Shown: positions 39,079-49,415, counted from the stretch's first letter. The stretch: 64,000 nt of DNA from an uncultured Chlamydiales bacterium (GCA_963700985.1 OY969554.1:1568001-1632000); one strand, 5' to 3'. A program made the numbers and translations. Notes: generated from the letters alone by a model not told the origin.

Positions 39079-39739
39079 GAAAAGCCTGTTTTCCGGGGAT
39101 GAGGATCACTTGGTAGCTATTGGCGATAATTTTCCACCCCTGACTGAGCAAGAAGTTGATCGCAAGTTTACCTTTGCCGCCTTCAGGAAGGTCGCAATCA
39201 TCGATCATCACCACGCTATTTTCAGAAAGATTGGGATAAGCAGCCAATATCTCGTTTAGATGGTGTTGCTGAGAAAGAAGTGGGTTGCTTGCATCGTAAT
39301 CAAAGCTATCTAAGTAGAGAAAGTCGATAGGCTCTTTGAAATGGTGTAAAAATGCCACCGAATCTTGATTGACTAATTGGACAAAATTTCGTGAAAGACC
39401 CAGGGCGCTTGCTGCAGTTGCGAGAGCTTGACTATCGATGTCGACAGAGTAGAGTTTGCCACCCCTTTCTCTCACGTAGTCCCCTACGATGAGAGTAAAT
39501 CCGCCATCTCCTGCAAAAAAGGTATTTCCTAAGCGTGCGGTGCCTGTTTCAACAATCGTCAGGGACTTTCTCTGCTGCATAAGTTGCAGAGCTTGAAGAA
39601 GGGTGGAATATCTTTTGTCGCTCTTTTCAATTCTACCGTTAAGAAAGTGCGCTGGAGAATTTGCCCTTTTTGGCGCAGCAGAAAGACTAGAGGTCAAAGC
39701 GCAAATGCTGCACAGACCTAAGACAAAAAAATATCGCAT
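39065..39739 (-). CDS. Class I SAM-dependent methyltransferase with signal peptide
   Basis: IVETGT, SVDID, DSVAFL, IDFLYLDS, MIDD. Confidence 0.75.
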   Translation of the reverse strand: MRYFFVLGLCSICALTSSLSAAPKRANSPAHFLNGRIEKSDKRYSTLLQALQLMQQRKSLTIVETGTARLGNTFFAGDGGFTLIVGDYVRERGGKLYSVDIDSQALATAASALGLSRNFVQLVNQDSVAFLHHFKEPIDFLYLDSFDYDASNPLLSQQHHLNEILAAYPNLSENSVVMIDDCDLPEGGKGKLAINFLLSQGWKIIANSYQVILIPGKQAFHEQV

Positions 39740-39752
39740 GCGCGCGTTCTCG

Positions 39753-42359
39753 CTATTTAGATAAATGCTTACCCAGCAGGCCAGGTAGCTTCATCATGTC
39801 GACAGGCTGGTCAGTTTCAAAAACCTTTGCAAGTTTAGCATCGGGGCGAATGTGCCGACGGTTTTTAGGATCTTGCAAGTTGTGTGTTTTGATGTAGTCC
39901 CACACTTTTTTGAGTGTTTCTGGACGCGAGAGTTCTTTTTCCCCAGTGATCGCTTGAAGTGCGGGTGAAAGTTTGAGCGCAGCTTGTTTGCGCGGAGCCT
40001 TTTTAGACGCACTGCTTTTTTTGCTGACAGCCCCTTTTTTACCCTTTTTAGAGACTTTTTTCTCAGGAGCCTCTTTTTCGGCAGCACCCTTTTTACCCCA
40101 CTTGCCTTTGGTCTTTTTGACGTAAGGAGTCTTAGGGTGATCTTGGTATTTCTGTTCGAGGTCATCGAGATTATTTACGATCACATCACAATCGGGATAG
40201 TTGGAGCAAGAGAAGAAGGGTTTGCCAAAACGCGATCTTCTTTGAACCATCTTGCCGTCACAGTCAATCGCAGGGCATGTAGGCATATCTGCAGGCAGAG
40301 GTTCACCCGCTTTGGCAATGTTAACCAGGCCGCGGCATTCGGGATAGCGGCTGCAACCTAAGAAAGCGCCAAACTTTCCATGGCGCACTTTCATTGGGCT
40401 AGCGCACTTAGGGCAGGGCTGATCCCAGTTGAAAGTAGGATCGTAGTCCTCTTTTTTGAAGTCGAGTGCTTCGGCTGAGGTCGTAAATTCGCATTCGGGG
40501 TAATTAGAGCAGCCGTAGAAATATTTTTTGCGAGCCCAGATCTTTTGTAGCTTATGGCCGCAGTTAGGACAATCGATATCGGTTAAAATACGCGGAACAA
40601 AGGCCTCTTTCTCAGCAGCTTCAACTGTTGGGATGAAATTTTTCCAGAAGTCGCGGATGATCTCTTTCCAGTTCTTCTTGTTTTCAGCCACAAACTCCAG
40701 CTCATCTTCCATTGCAGCAGTAAAGCCCACATCCATGATGATCTTGAAATTGTCTTCGAGCATACGCGCAATCACCCGACCTAGTTCTGTCGGTTTAATC
40801 GTGCCTTTCTCTTTAGCGCTATAATCGCGGCTCTGGATCTTATTCATGATGCTTGCATACGTCGACGGACGGCCGATGCCAAGTCTTTCAAGCTCTTTAA
40901 CTAATGAAGCTTCAGTGTAACGTGGAGGTGGACGTGTGAAGGCTTGTACAGATTGCAGCTCAGCCAATTTAAGTGGCTGACCTTCCACAAGTGGAGGCAG
41001 CAGTCTATCTTCATCTTTTTCCTCTTCGCCAGGGGTGCGATCTTGCTTTTCTTCGTAGACAGCGAGGAATCCAGGGAACTTAAGCGTCGATCCCGTAGCG
41101 CGCAATAAGATGCCTTGATCGGTGGCAATATCAGAGGAGACAGTGTCGTAGATAGCCGGATTCATTTGTGAGGCGAGCATGCGGCGCCAGATCAGTTGAT
41201 AGAGCTTGAATTGATCTTCATGCAGATAATTTCTGATCTTTTCAGGCGCGAGTTGAAGGTTAGTTGGGCGAATACCTTCGTGGGCATCTTGCGCGCTCTT
41301 CTTCGTAGAGAAGTGTCTCGCTTCGGAGGGGAGATATTCTTTGCCATATTCACTGGCGATAAAGCGTCTTGCGCCCTCAATTGCTTCAGGTGAAATACGC
41401 ACTGAGTCGGTACGCATATAGGTAATAAGACCTTCTGCGCCTTCGTTGCCGAGATCGACGCCCTCATAGAGGCCTTGTGCGATATTCATCGTCCGCGAGG
41501 CTGAAAAACCAAAGTGACGGCTCGCTTCCTGCTGCAGTGTTGAGGTAATAAAAGGTGGTGCAGGATTGCGGCGTTTTTCCTTTTTTTCAACAGAGTCTAC
41601 TTTATAATTTGCTTTTTTAAGCTTCGCAGAGATGTTTTCAGCTGTCTCTTGATTTGGAATCGTGAAGACTTCTTTTCCAGGAATAGGTTCTTTCTCAACG
41701 CGCTGACCATCGACAGAATAGAGATAGGCGCGGAATGTAGAATCATCTCCTTTAGGATGCAAAAGCGTGCCGATGTTCCAATATTCTATTGGAATAAATG
41801 CTTCGATCTCATTTTCACGATCGACAACGAGTTTCAAAGCTACCGATTGCACTCGACCTGCAGATAAACCACCATCTCTAGCGCCTTGCACGCGCCTCAT
41901 TAGAATCGGGGAGATCTTATATCCCACAATACGGTCTAGCATGCGTCGAGCCTGTTGTGCATCAACAAGGGCTTGATCGATATCACGGGGATGTCTAAGC
42001 GCTTCTAATACGGCATCTTTGGTGAATTCGTTAAACGTGACCCGCTTGATTTCTGTATTTGCAGGTAAAATGGAAGCGATATGCCATGCAATTGCTTCTC
42101 CTTCGCGGTCGGGGTCAGGCGATAGGTAGACAACATCTACTAACTTGGCAGCCTTTTTGAGGCGTTGAATCACATCTTTCTTTTCAGGCAGAAGCGCATA
42201 TTCCGGTTCGAAATCATGCTCGACATCGATGCCAAAGCCTCGTTGGGGCAGGTCGCGGATGTGGCCAAGTGAAGATTCAAAGGAGTATCCTTTCCCTAAA
42301 AACTTTTTTAGGGTTTTGATCTTAGTAGGCGACTCAACAATAATTAAGGCTTTAGTCAT
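39753..42359 (-). CDS. topA: DNA topoisomerase I with C-terminal SWIB domain
   Basis: IVESPTK, DPDREGEAI, SAGRVQS, ITYMRTDS; C4 zinc ribbons; SWIB (VWDYIK.HNLQDP). Confidence 0.97.
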   Translation of the reverse strand: MTKALIIVESPTKIKTLKKFLGKGYSFESSLGHIRDLPQRGFGIDVEHDFEPEYALLPEKKDVIQRLKKAAKLVDVVYLSPDPDREGEAIAWHIASILPANTEIKRVTFNEFTKDAVLEALRHPRDIDQALVDAQQARRMLDRIVGYKISPILMRRVQGARDGGLSAGRVQSVALKLVVDRENEIEAFIPIEYWNIGTLLHPKGDDSTFRAYLYSVDGQRVEKEPIPGKEVFTIPNQETAENISAKLKKANYKVDSVEKKEKRRNPAPPFITSTLQQEASRHFGFSASRTMNIAQGLYEGVDLGNEGAEGLITYMRTDSVRISPEAIEGARRFIASEYGKEYLPSEARHFSTKKSAQDAHEGIRPTNLQLAPEKIRNYLHEDQFKLYQLIWRRMLASQMNPAIYDTVSSDIATDQGILLRATGSTLKFPGFLAVYEEKQDRTPGEEEKDEDRLLPPLVEGQPLKLAELQSVQAFTRPPPRYTEASLVKELERLGIGRPSTYASIMNKIQSRDYSAKEKGTIKPTELGRVIARMLEDNFKIIMDVGFTAAMEDELEFVAENKKNWKEIIRDFWKNFIPTVEAAEKEAFVPRILTDIDCPNCGHKLQKIWARKKYFYGCSNYPECEFTTSAEALDFKKEDYDPTFNWDQPCPKCASPMKVRHGKFGAFLGCSRYPECRGLVNIAKAGEPLPADMPTCPAIDCDGKMVQRRSRFGKPFFSCSNYPDCDVIVNNLDDLEQKYQDHPKTPYVKKTKGKWGKKGAAEKEAPEKKVSKKGKKGAVSKKSSASKKAPRKQAALKLSPALQAITGEKELSRPETLKKVWDYIKTHNLQDPKNRRHIRPDAKLAKVFETDQPVDMMKLPGLLGKHLSK

Positions 42360-43398
42360 TCTTTTTGTAGTGCCGACCAGGGAGTTCCCGGATGGCTCCT
42401 TTTAAAATAAGGCTCATTAATTTGGCACTTAATTTCGAAGTTGGCAGCTCAATTTTGGCCGCAAGTTCCTCAAAACTAATTTCTTCCGACGGAAAGACAG
42501 ACAGAACACTCTGCTCATCCTTCTCTAAAAAAGCAAAAGTCTTTTTGGGTTGAAAAGATGTTTTACCTTTTTCGGGTTGAAGAAGGGATAACATCTCTTG
42601 CCCATTTTCGACAAGTAGGGCCTTTCGATTTTTAATTAAAAAATGATTTCCACGAAAACTTTCCAGGTCTACCCGACCTGGCAAGGCAAAGCAGAATTTT
42701 TCTAAATCGTGAGCATAATCCATGGTGATCATGGCCCCACTTTTAATGGGGGCTTCAACTAATAATACTCCTTTTGAGAAAGCTGCAATCAGTCGATTAC
42801 GACGGGGAAAAAGATGTTTTGCCGGCGCCGTTTTCATAGGATACTCGCTGATCACAGCCCCGCGCTTTGCGATTTCATCCGCCAATTTGATATTATCTCG
42901 CGGGTAGAGATCTGCTAGGCCCGAACCGATAAATGCCACACTTCTGCCCATGCTCAGTGCTCCTTGATGCGCGGCAGTATCAATGCCTCGCGCTAAGCCG
43001 CTTGTAATGGTCAGCCCCATGCTGGCCACCTCGGCGCTGAGCTTGGTGGCCATCTCTCTTCCATATAAGGAGCAGATACGTGTACCGACCACGCCCAGTC
43101 CATGCTGGTCTTCTTCTAAGAGTTCACCTTTAATATATAGGAGAAGAGGTGGATCAGAAAGTTTTAGTAATGAAGGCGGATATTTAGGATCGAGATATGA
43201 AATAAGTTTGATTTGCAGTCGCTCGATCAGTTCTAGATCTTCTTGCCAATTGGCTTGAGCTTGCCAGTTTTTCAGATCCGGATGAGATAGTTCGAGTGCT
43301 GCTAAGGCTGAGCCCGCCGCTTTGATCAATTGCCGAACTTCTTTGGCTTTGAGTAAATGAGATAAAACTAATAACGCTTCTAACTCGTCCATGGGCAA
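42352..43398 (-). CDS. dprA: DNA-processing protein DprA
   Basis: VVGTR, SGLARGIDTAAH, FPRRNRLIA, VEAPIKSGA. Confidence 0.95.
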   Translation of the reverse strand: MPMDELEALLVLSHLLKAKEVRQLIKAAGSALAALELSHPDLKNWQAQANWQEDLELIERLQIKLISYLDPKYPPSLLKLSDPPLLLYIKGELLEEDQHGLGVVGTRICSLYGREMATKLSAEVASMGLTITSGLARGIDTAAHQGALSMGRSVAFIGSGLADLYPRDNIKLADEIAKRGAVISEYPMKTAPAKHLFPRRNRLIAAFSKGVLLVEAPIKSGAMITMDYAHDLEKFCFALPGRVDLESFRGNHFLIKNRKALLVENGQEMLSLLQPEKGKTSFQPKKTFAFLEKDEQSVLSVFPSEEISFEELAAKIELPTSKLSAKLMSLILKGAIRELPGRHYKKND

Positions 43399-43453
43399 GC
43401 ATTATGTTCAAAAAAGAATTTTGTGGCTGCGCAAAAAATCTTGAAGAGTAGAG

Positions 43454-43543
43454 ATTACAGGATAGGCAGGATCGCCGCATAGCGGCGGCGGGATGAATAG
43501 GATAAGAAAAGAAAACCTCTTTTTATCTTGCTTATCCTGTAAT
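43454..43543. repeat. CAGGAT-family intergenic palindromic repeat, copy 2
   Basis: ATTACAGGATAGGCAGGAT and ATCTTGCTTATCCTGTAAT inverted arms (17/19); internal GCCGC-ATA-GCGGC hairpin. Confidence 0.65.
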
Positions 43544-43616
43544 TCTTCTGCACCGAAAGCCCCACATAGACCCAGACATTGACTGAAATAAAGTCCGCCA
43601 GCTAGTCTTTCGCTTT

Positions 43617-44717
43617 ATGAAAACTCTACTCTCTAAGTGGTTTCTATTGCTTCTGCCTGTCGTGGCTTTTGGATTGTTCATGCTTTTGCGTGGAAAGAGC
43701 CAAGATGCCTTCTCAAAGAAGTGGGAAATCTCTCGCGATTTTGAAACTTTAATGGGAAAAGGTAGTCCTGTGTGGAACTATGTTCAGACACGCGAGGACA
43801 AAGAGTCTCTCAACTTCTTTAATAAACTATATGAGAAGAATTTTGAAAAGGCGCTTGCGCCTATCGGGACAGCTAAAATCCCCTCTACATTGCACCTCAT
43901 CTGGTTAGGACCCCAGAAATTCCCGCAAGCTTCGCTCAAAAATGTCGCCTCTTGGATTGAAAAGCACCCCTCTTGGACAGTCAAGTTTTGGACCGATAAT
44001 GACCAGCCAAGTCCGCACCCCAAAATGCAAAAGATTCTCATTCAAGAGAGCCATCTGCCCAATCTTCTCTCTTGTTACTATCTCTCCGATAGCTTTGGTG
44101 AACGCTCGGAGCTTTTGCGCTATGAAATCCTTTTTGCCGAAGGAGGAGTCTACGTCGATCACGATCTAACTTGTCTAAGTAGCCTCGATCGATTTAACTC
44201 TGCCTATGATTTTTATTGTGGTTTGGAAGCGCTTGCACCTTCGATTTTGAGCAGTTCGGTTTTTCCCAGCACACATCTCATCGCTGCCAAGCCTCAGCAT
44301 CCAATTTTATCTGTGGCGATGGATTGGATTAAAAGACGCTGGTCACAGCTTGAGACTGATTTTCCGGGAAATGATCCATCTGCTCTGCTCAATCGAGTGA
44401 AACACCGCTCTTTTAATGCTTTAAACGAAGGCATTCAGCAGAGGATCGACCGCGAGAAAAATGTCGATATTGTATTTCCTGCCGCCTTCTTCAGCCTGAA
44501 AGAACCAACGGACAACTCTTTTGCAACACACCAGCATGCAGGTGCTTGGCTAAAGCAAACTAATAGTGCACAAGAGAAGCTTGCCAAAGAGTATGAACAG
44601 ATCAACAGCCGTGTGAGCGTAACAGAACTGCTTCTCTACGTACAACTCGCTCTTTCTTTAGTGCTGCTCACCGGAATATTTTTAAGAAATAGGAAGGCTA
44701 AGCATGCGATCTCTTAA
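43617..44717 (+). CDS. DXD glycosyltransferase (GT32/OCH1-TcdA-like fold) with N- and C-terminal TM
   Basis: KIP..HLIWLG, KFWTD, SELLRYEIL..EGGVYVDHD. Confidence 0.85.
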   Translation: MKTLLSKWFLLLLPVVAFGLFMLLRGKSQDAFSKKWEISRDFETLMGKGSPVWNYVQTREDKESLNFFNKLYEKNFEKALAPIGTAKIPSTLHLIWLGPQKFPQASLKNVASWIEKHPSWTVKFWTDNDQPSPHPKMQKILIQESHLPNLLSCYYLSDSFGERSELLRYEILFAEGGVYVDHDLTCLSSLDRFNSAYDFYCGLEALAPSILSSSVFPSTHLIAAKPQHPILSVAMDWIKRRWSQLETDFPGNDPSALLNRVKHRSFNALNEGIQQRIDREKNVDIVFPAAFFSLKEPTDNSFATHQHAGAWLKQTNSAQEKLAKEYEQINSRVSVTELLLYVQLALSLVLLTGIFLRNRKAKHAIS

Positions 44718-45774
44718 GATAGCTTTCCTCTTCGTGTGCATACTTGGCTTAGCGTCTAGTTGCTCTAGCAAAAAGAAAGAAAAACCACACACTACAGCTG
44801 AATTTTATTCTTTGATGGGGGAGCATACCCCTCACTGGAATCATGTTGCGCAAGAGCAAGATCGCTCTTTCTTAGAAACGTGCAAAGGTGTTTATGAAAA
44901 GACTTACAATGAACTTTTGACCGCGCGTAAGAGCGTCAAAATTCCTAAAACGATCCATTTTATTTGGCTCGGACCCAAATCTTTTCCTCTTGAGTCAGTT
45001 GAAAATGTGCGCACGTGGATGGCGCAACATCCCGACTGGACTGTCAAATTTTGGACCGATCGCGACCGCCCTCTTCCGTGCCGCGGCATGCAAAAGGTCT
45101 TTGTAAAAGATTTCCCTTTCTCGCGACTCGAGCGCTGTTTTTTGCAGTCGCAAAACTATGGAGAGAAGTCGGATATCTTAAGATATGAAATTTTAAATCA
45201 TGAAGGCGGTGTTTACGTCGATCACGATGCTAACTGTTTGCAATCTTTCCATCCTTTGCATACCGCCTACGATTTTTATTGCTGCTTAGAAACTCCACAT
45301 GAGCCATTTGTCGGACAAACCGTGACCTGTGGCAATGGCGTGATTGGCGCCAGACCCAATCACCCCGCGCTGCGACGCGTGATCGATCTCATTGCTCAGC
45401 GTTGGGATATCCTGGGAAAAAAATACCAAGGTAGAGATCTCTACTCTCGCACCGAGGTAGTTATGCAGCGCACTTATATTGCGCTCACAAGTGCATTGAA
45501 AGAAGATATCTTAAATCGTGAAGGCAACGTAGATATCGTGCTACCAGCTTCATATTTTTTTGCCAAAAGCGGTATGCCTTCTCTTTATTCGAAACACTTT
45601 TATGCTACGGCCTGGTCTGAACAGAAGAGTGCCAACAAAGACGATAAGCAGCTTTTAAAGCGTGTAGATCGCATCAGTCAGAAGAGCAAAAACATCCAGC
45701 TTCTCAGCTCTCTTGTGCTTGGGTTCAATCTTTTACTGATGGCAGGCTTTGTCCTGCGCACGAGGAGAAGGTAA
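44704..45774 (+). CDS. DXD glycosyltransferase (GT32-like), possible lipoprotein
   Basis: IPKTIHFIWLG, SDILRYEIL..EGGVYVDHD; LASSC lipobox-like sequence; C-terminal TM. Confidence 0.85.
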   Translation: MRSLKIAFLFVCILGLASSCSSKKKEKPHTTAEFYSLMGEHTPHWNHVAQEQDRSFLETCKGVYEKTYNELLTARKSVKIPKTIHFIWLGPKSFPLESVENVRTWMAQHPDWTVKFWTDRDRPLPCRGMQKVFVKDFPFSRLERCFLQSQNYGEKSDILRYEILNHEGGVYVDHDANCLQSFHPLHTAYDFYCCLETPHEPFVGQTVTCGNGVIGARPNHPALRRVIDLIAQRWDILGKKYQGRDLYSRTEVVMQRTYIALTSALKEDILNREGNVDIVLPASYFFAKSGMPSLYSKHFYATAWSEQKSANKDDKQLLKRVDRISQKSKNIQLLSSLVLGFNLLLMAGFVLRTRRR

Positions 45775-45778
45775 GCCG

Positions 45779-46879
45779 ATGTCTCAGAGACGAAAGCTTT
45801 TAATTATCCTATGCGTCGTCACCACCTGCTTGAGTGTAAGCTCACTTTTTTTTGGCACAAAGAAAAGCTCTCCTAGTCTTTCAAAATCTGCGTCAGAAGA
45901 TTTTGAAGCATTGATGGGAAAGGGGACGTCAAGATGGGAGTTTGTACAGACTAAAGAAGATTTTGAAAATCTACACTTCTTTAAAAAGCTCTTCGACACG
46001 CGAAAAACGCTCTTCAAAGAAGTTCAAACACACAACTTTCGCATTCCCAAAGTTTTGCACTTTGTTTGGCTTGGGCCAAAATCTTTTCCGCGAGAATCTG
46101 TGGAAAATGTACGCAGCTGGATGGCTAAACACCCAGATTGGACGATCAAATTTTGGACTGATAAAGAAAGACCACTTCCTTGCCCTGGCATGGAACTTAA
46201 ATTAGTGCGCGATTTCAAGTTTCTGATGCTCGACAAGTGCTATCAAAAGAGCGATAACTGGGCTGAAAAGTCTGACGTCCTGCGTTATGAGATTCTCTAT
46301 CAAGAGGGCGGCGTATATGCAGATCACGATGTGAAATGCTTCAAAGCTTTTGATTCTTTGAACCATGCTTATGACTTTTATTGCGGGATGGACATGCCTT
46401 ATAAGAGTAGCTTGCCCTCGTGCGTTTTTCCCACGAATAATCTCATCGGCATTGCCCCTGGACATCCGATTTTAAAAACCTGCATGCAGTCTCTTAAAGC
46501 TCAATGGGACCAGATTGAAAACGCCTACCCAGGCACTGCTCGTGACGAGGCCTTAAATCGTGTGCTGCATCGCACCTTCTTGCTATTTGGCGAATCGATC
46601 AAGCAGGCTAGTAATCAAGATGGGCGCCAAGATATCGTCTTTCCCGCTTTCTATTTCGATGCCCCATCCCAAGATCAAGCCATGTGGGCCTACCATTTTT
46701 ATGCCGGCTTGGGGTTCGAAGAGGAGAGTAAATTTGAGAAAATGGTGCGTGAGCGACTCATGACCATCACTAAAAAATCAAATAAGCTCTTTTTGATTTT
46801 AGGCATCGCAACCGGACTTAATTTGTTCGGATTTTGCGCGCTTTTCATTCTTTTGAAAAAGAGACCCCAGGCTCTCTGA
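45779..46879 (+). CDS. DXD glycosyltransferase (GT32-like) with N- and C-terminal TM
   Basis: IPKVLHFVWLG, SDVLRYEIL..EGGVYADHD; ATG at 45779. Confidence 0.85.
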   Translation: MSQRRKLLIILCVVTTCLSVSSLFFGTKKSSPSLSKSASEDFEALMGKGTSRWEFVQTKEDFENLHFFKKLFDTRKTLFKEVQTHNFRIPKVLHFVWLGPKSFPRESVENVRSWMAKHPDWTIKFWTDKERPLPCPGMELKLVRDFKFLMLDKCYQKSDNWAEKSDVLRYEILYQEGGVYADHDVKCFKAFDSLNHAYDFYCGMDMPYKSSLPSCVFPTNNLIGIAPGHPILKTCMQSLKAQWDQIENAYPGTARDEALNRVLHRTFLLFGESIKQASNQDGRQDIVFPAFYFDAPSQDQAMWAYHFYAGLGFEEESKFEKMVRERLMTITKKSNKLFLILGIATGLNLFGFCALFILLKKRPQAL

Positions 46880-46880
46880 T

Positions 46881-47681
46881 ATGCTCTCTGATGCCGAACT
46901 TCTGGCGTATAATAAAAGAGGTTTAATCCCCGCTCCAGATGAAACTGAAGCGCAGTTTTTGCAGCGTATAAGATCTCTTAAAAGCGAAGAAGTGAACGAT
47001 CCTCTTATCCCTGAAGATTGGGATGAAGCCCACGCACTCACGCGTCTGCTTTTCGATTTTTCTGCAGACTGGGTAAAAGCGTTTTACAGCAAAAAGCAAC
47101 TTCCCTTTTGGCAGGGTGCGGTCACTTGGTTGGGGGACCCTCCGCTTATTCAACTCCATCCCGAACTTAAAAAAGGATCCTATTTAAAGCTCTACCATCG
47201 CAAAGAGGTGTTGGCGCATGAGGCTGTGCATGCTATGCGCACGCCACTTGCCGCCAATCGATTTGAGGAGTATTTTGCTTACCTCACATCTGAGCGCTCA
47301 TGGCGAAGCAAGCTTGGGCCCCTCTTTCGCACGTCTGCTGAAGGCTCCATTTTTTTATGCCTGCTCGCCTTTTCGGTCTGCGCTTCGTATCTATCTATAT
47401 GGATGCCCATCTTTGGCCTGCTTTTCGCTCTTCCTTGGCTTATCCTTATAATAGCCTTAATTAGGCTCGGCCTGACGCATATCACCCTTAAACGCTGTAA
47501 AGCACAGCTTTTTTCTATCCTGCACAAATCTGATTATGTGCGCTTTTTAATGGTTCGCCTCACGGATAAAGAGATCATTCGATTCTCAACTCTCACGCCC
47601 TCAGCAATTTACGAATATTGCGCCCTAGAAAAAAATCGTTCTCTGCGCTGGAAAATGCTATTTCAAGCATATTTTAATTAG
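46881..47681 (+). CDS. Hypothetical membrane protein with HExxH motif
   Basis: LAHEAVHAMR..FEE; two TM segments; coupled to the GT32 trio. Confidence 0.65.
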   Translation: MLSDAELLAYNKRGLIPAPDETEAQFLQRIRSLKSEEVNDPLIPEDWDEAHALTRLLFDFSADWVKAFYSKKQLPFWQGAVTWLGDPPLIQLHPELKKGSYLKLYHRKEVLAHEAVHAMRTPLAANRFEEYFAYLTSERSWRSKLGPLFRTSAEGSIFLCLLAFSVCASYLSIWMPIFGLLFALPWLILIIALIRLGLTHITLKRCKAQLFSILHKSDYVRFLMVRLTDKEIIRFSTLTPSAIYEYCALEKNRSLRWKMLFQAYFN

Positions 47682-47745
47682 TAATTAATTATTTACTTTA
47701 ATTATAAATAATGTCATAATTAATTCTTTATAATAAGGAATAATT

Positions 47746-48228
47746 ATGTCGATAATCACTTTAAAGCCTGCAGCTGAACAATATCTTAAAGCGATGGAGC
47801 TTGATCCTATTTCGGCTCAAGAAGTGCGAAGGTTTGTGATTCGAGATAACCACACGGATTCTCCCTTAGATATATTAAGATGGCTTATTTATATCATTGC
47901 ATCTGTGGTAAAGCCTTGCTTTGGATGCCGTTCTGCTCGCCAAAATGATCAACAATACGTCGTAGATCTTATAAAAATACGTGCGTTTGAGATTGCCAAA
48001 GAAAAACTTCTTATCGACCGACCATCTCTATCATTTGAGAAGCAGTCCCAGCTCACAGACTATGTAATCGATCGAGTAAATGCGCACGCGAGCAAACTCA
48101 TGTATGCATGCTCGATTGCCCAGCAAGAAGATGAACCTCTTTCCAATCTAGAAAATGAGTATTTCGACCATTTCTTAGATATGGTTAAGCAAAAGTGCAT
48201 GCATAGCCGACTTCTTTATGAATCTTAA
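47746..48228 (+). CDS. Small orphan protein, array member A1
   Basis: AAGGA SD; aligns with 48782..49276 (YL.AM.L, WL..I...VK..FG, K.LID.PS, HA..L...C..AQ.E). Confidence 0.7.
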   Translation: MSIITLKPAAEQYLKAMELDPISAQEVRRFVIRDNHTDSPLDILRWLIYIIASVVKPCFGCRSARQNDQQYVVDLIKIRAFEIAKEKLLIDRPSLSFEKQSQLTDYVIDRVNAHASKLMYACSIAQQEDEPLSNLENEYFDHFLDMVKQKCMHSRLLYES

Positions 48229-48246
48229 TTAACTAATACAATCAAT

Positions 48247-48705
48247 ATGTCTACTACAAGAGAATTATCTTTAGGTGCAGAAATCTCTATTCCGCAGATG
48301 TGGCTGGAAGAGGGCGAAGATAAAATCATTAAAACCTGCCTGTCTAAATACACACGTCCTGATAAGTGGTTGAGCATTGACACGCTAAAATGGGCAGTTA
48401 GATGCATCATAAACGCGGCAAGCAGGATTATTGGAAAATCTGACTGGCAGCAAGCAAGAAATCTCATTCAAGAGCGATTGCTTGGCAGGGTTTATCTGCT
48501 TACAAAACATAAAACCGCTCCAAACCTCGAAGAAAGCCGTTTAAAAAACTTCGGAAAAGAAGCACGCCAAGAAACAAAAAAAGTTGCAGGCGAGCTTTTG
48601 GGTCTTTGTTTTCTTCAAACTGCTGAAGCCGCTATTTTGCTGGTAAATATAGATCTCGAGCAGCGTATTGAAGATATCTGGGAAAGAAATGTCCTAAGTT
48701 ATTAA
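48247..48705 (+). CDS. Small orphan protein, array member B1
   Basis: Aligns with 49416..49898 (GAE, SDWQ.AR..I.E, KEA..E.K..A..LL..C, D.....E.IW.R). Confidence 0.7.
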   Translation: MSTTRELSLGAEISIPQMWLEEGEDKIIKTCLSKYTRPDKWLSIDTLKWAVRCIINAASRIIGKSDWQQARNLIQERLLGRVYLLTKHKTAPNLEESRLKNFGKEARQETKKVAGELLGLCFLQTAEAAILLVNIDLEQRIEDIWERNVLSY

Positions 48706-48781
48706 TAACCATATACCTACGCCATTCTTTACTTTTACTTTAATTTTAAACATACTTGTATAGTTATAACCTAAGGTAATT

Positions 48782-49276
48782 GTGAGTGCAATTCAATTAA
48801 GCGCCCCCGCACAGTGTTATCTTAATGCGATGGATTTAAGCGCAGAAAATCGCGCTATTGTCATTGCTTGTGTTACCAATTATGAAATTCCCCACACGAT
48901 TTGCGATATGTTCTTATGGTTGGTTCATTGGATCGTAAATACCGTAAAATCCATTTTTGGGGCTTCTGAATGGCAAACAACGCTAAGCTTGGTCCAAAAC
49001 CATATCGTTGAGATTGCTACAGCCAAGAACCTCATAGATAGCCCATCGCGTCCATTAAATGAACGAATCAAGCTTAATGAATACATTTTCAACCAAGCTG
49101 CCTGGCATGCTGATAGGCTTCTATCGGGTTGTCACACGGCTCAGGAAGAATATACCTTTGTCTCACCTGAACTCACAGCCTTAGAAAAAGAGTGGCATGC
49201 AGACCATTTTATCGATCTTCTTTGGGTCGACCTTCTCTCTCATCGCCTTGATCATCTATTTCAGTCCAAATCCTAG
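48782..49276 (+). CDS. Small orphan protein, array member A2
   Basis: GTG start after AAGGT; paralog of 47746..48228; SEWQ motif. Confidence 0.7.
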   Translation: MSAIQLSAPAQCYLNAMDLSAENRAIVIACVTNYEIPHTICDMFLWLVHWIVNTVKSIFGASEWQTTLSLVQNHIVEIATAKNLIDSPSRPLNERIKLNEYIFNQAAWHADRLLSGCHTAQEEYTFVSPELTALEKEWHADHFIDLLWVDLLSHRLDHLFQSKS

Positions 49277-49415
49277 GGTCTAATACACTAATAATTAGTA
49301 TGTTAGGGATGAATAATTCTTTAATATGCAAATTAAAGATATAATTGTAATTTAATACAATTATTGATATAATTACTTATAAGTTTAATAGATTTAATAT
49401 ATGGGAGATAAAACT

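Noticed and set aside
39753-40000. Eukaryote-like SWIB domain on TopA
   Set aside because: Known fusion in Chlamydiota; used only as a taxonomic marker.
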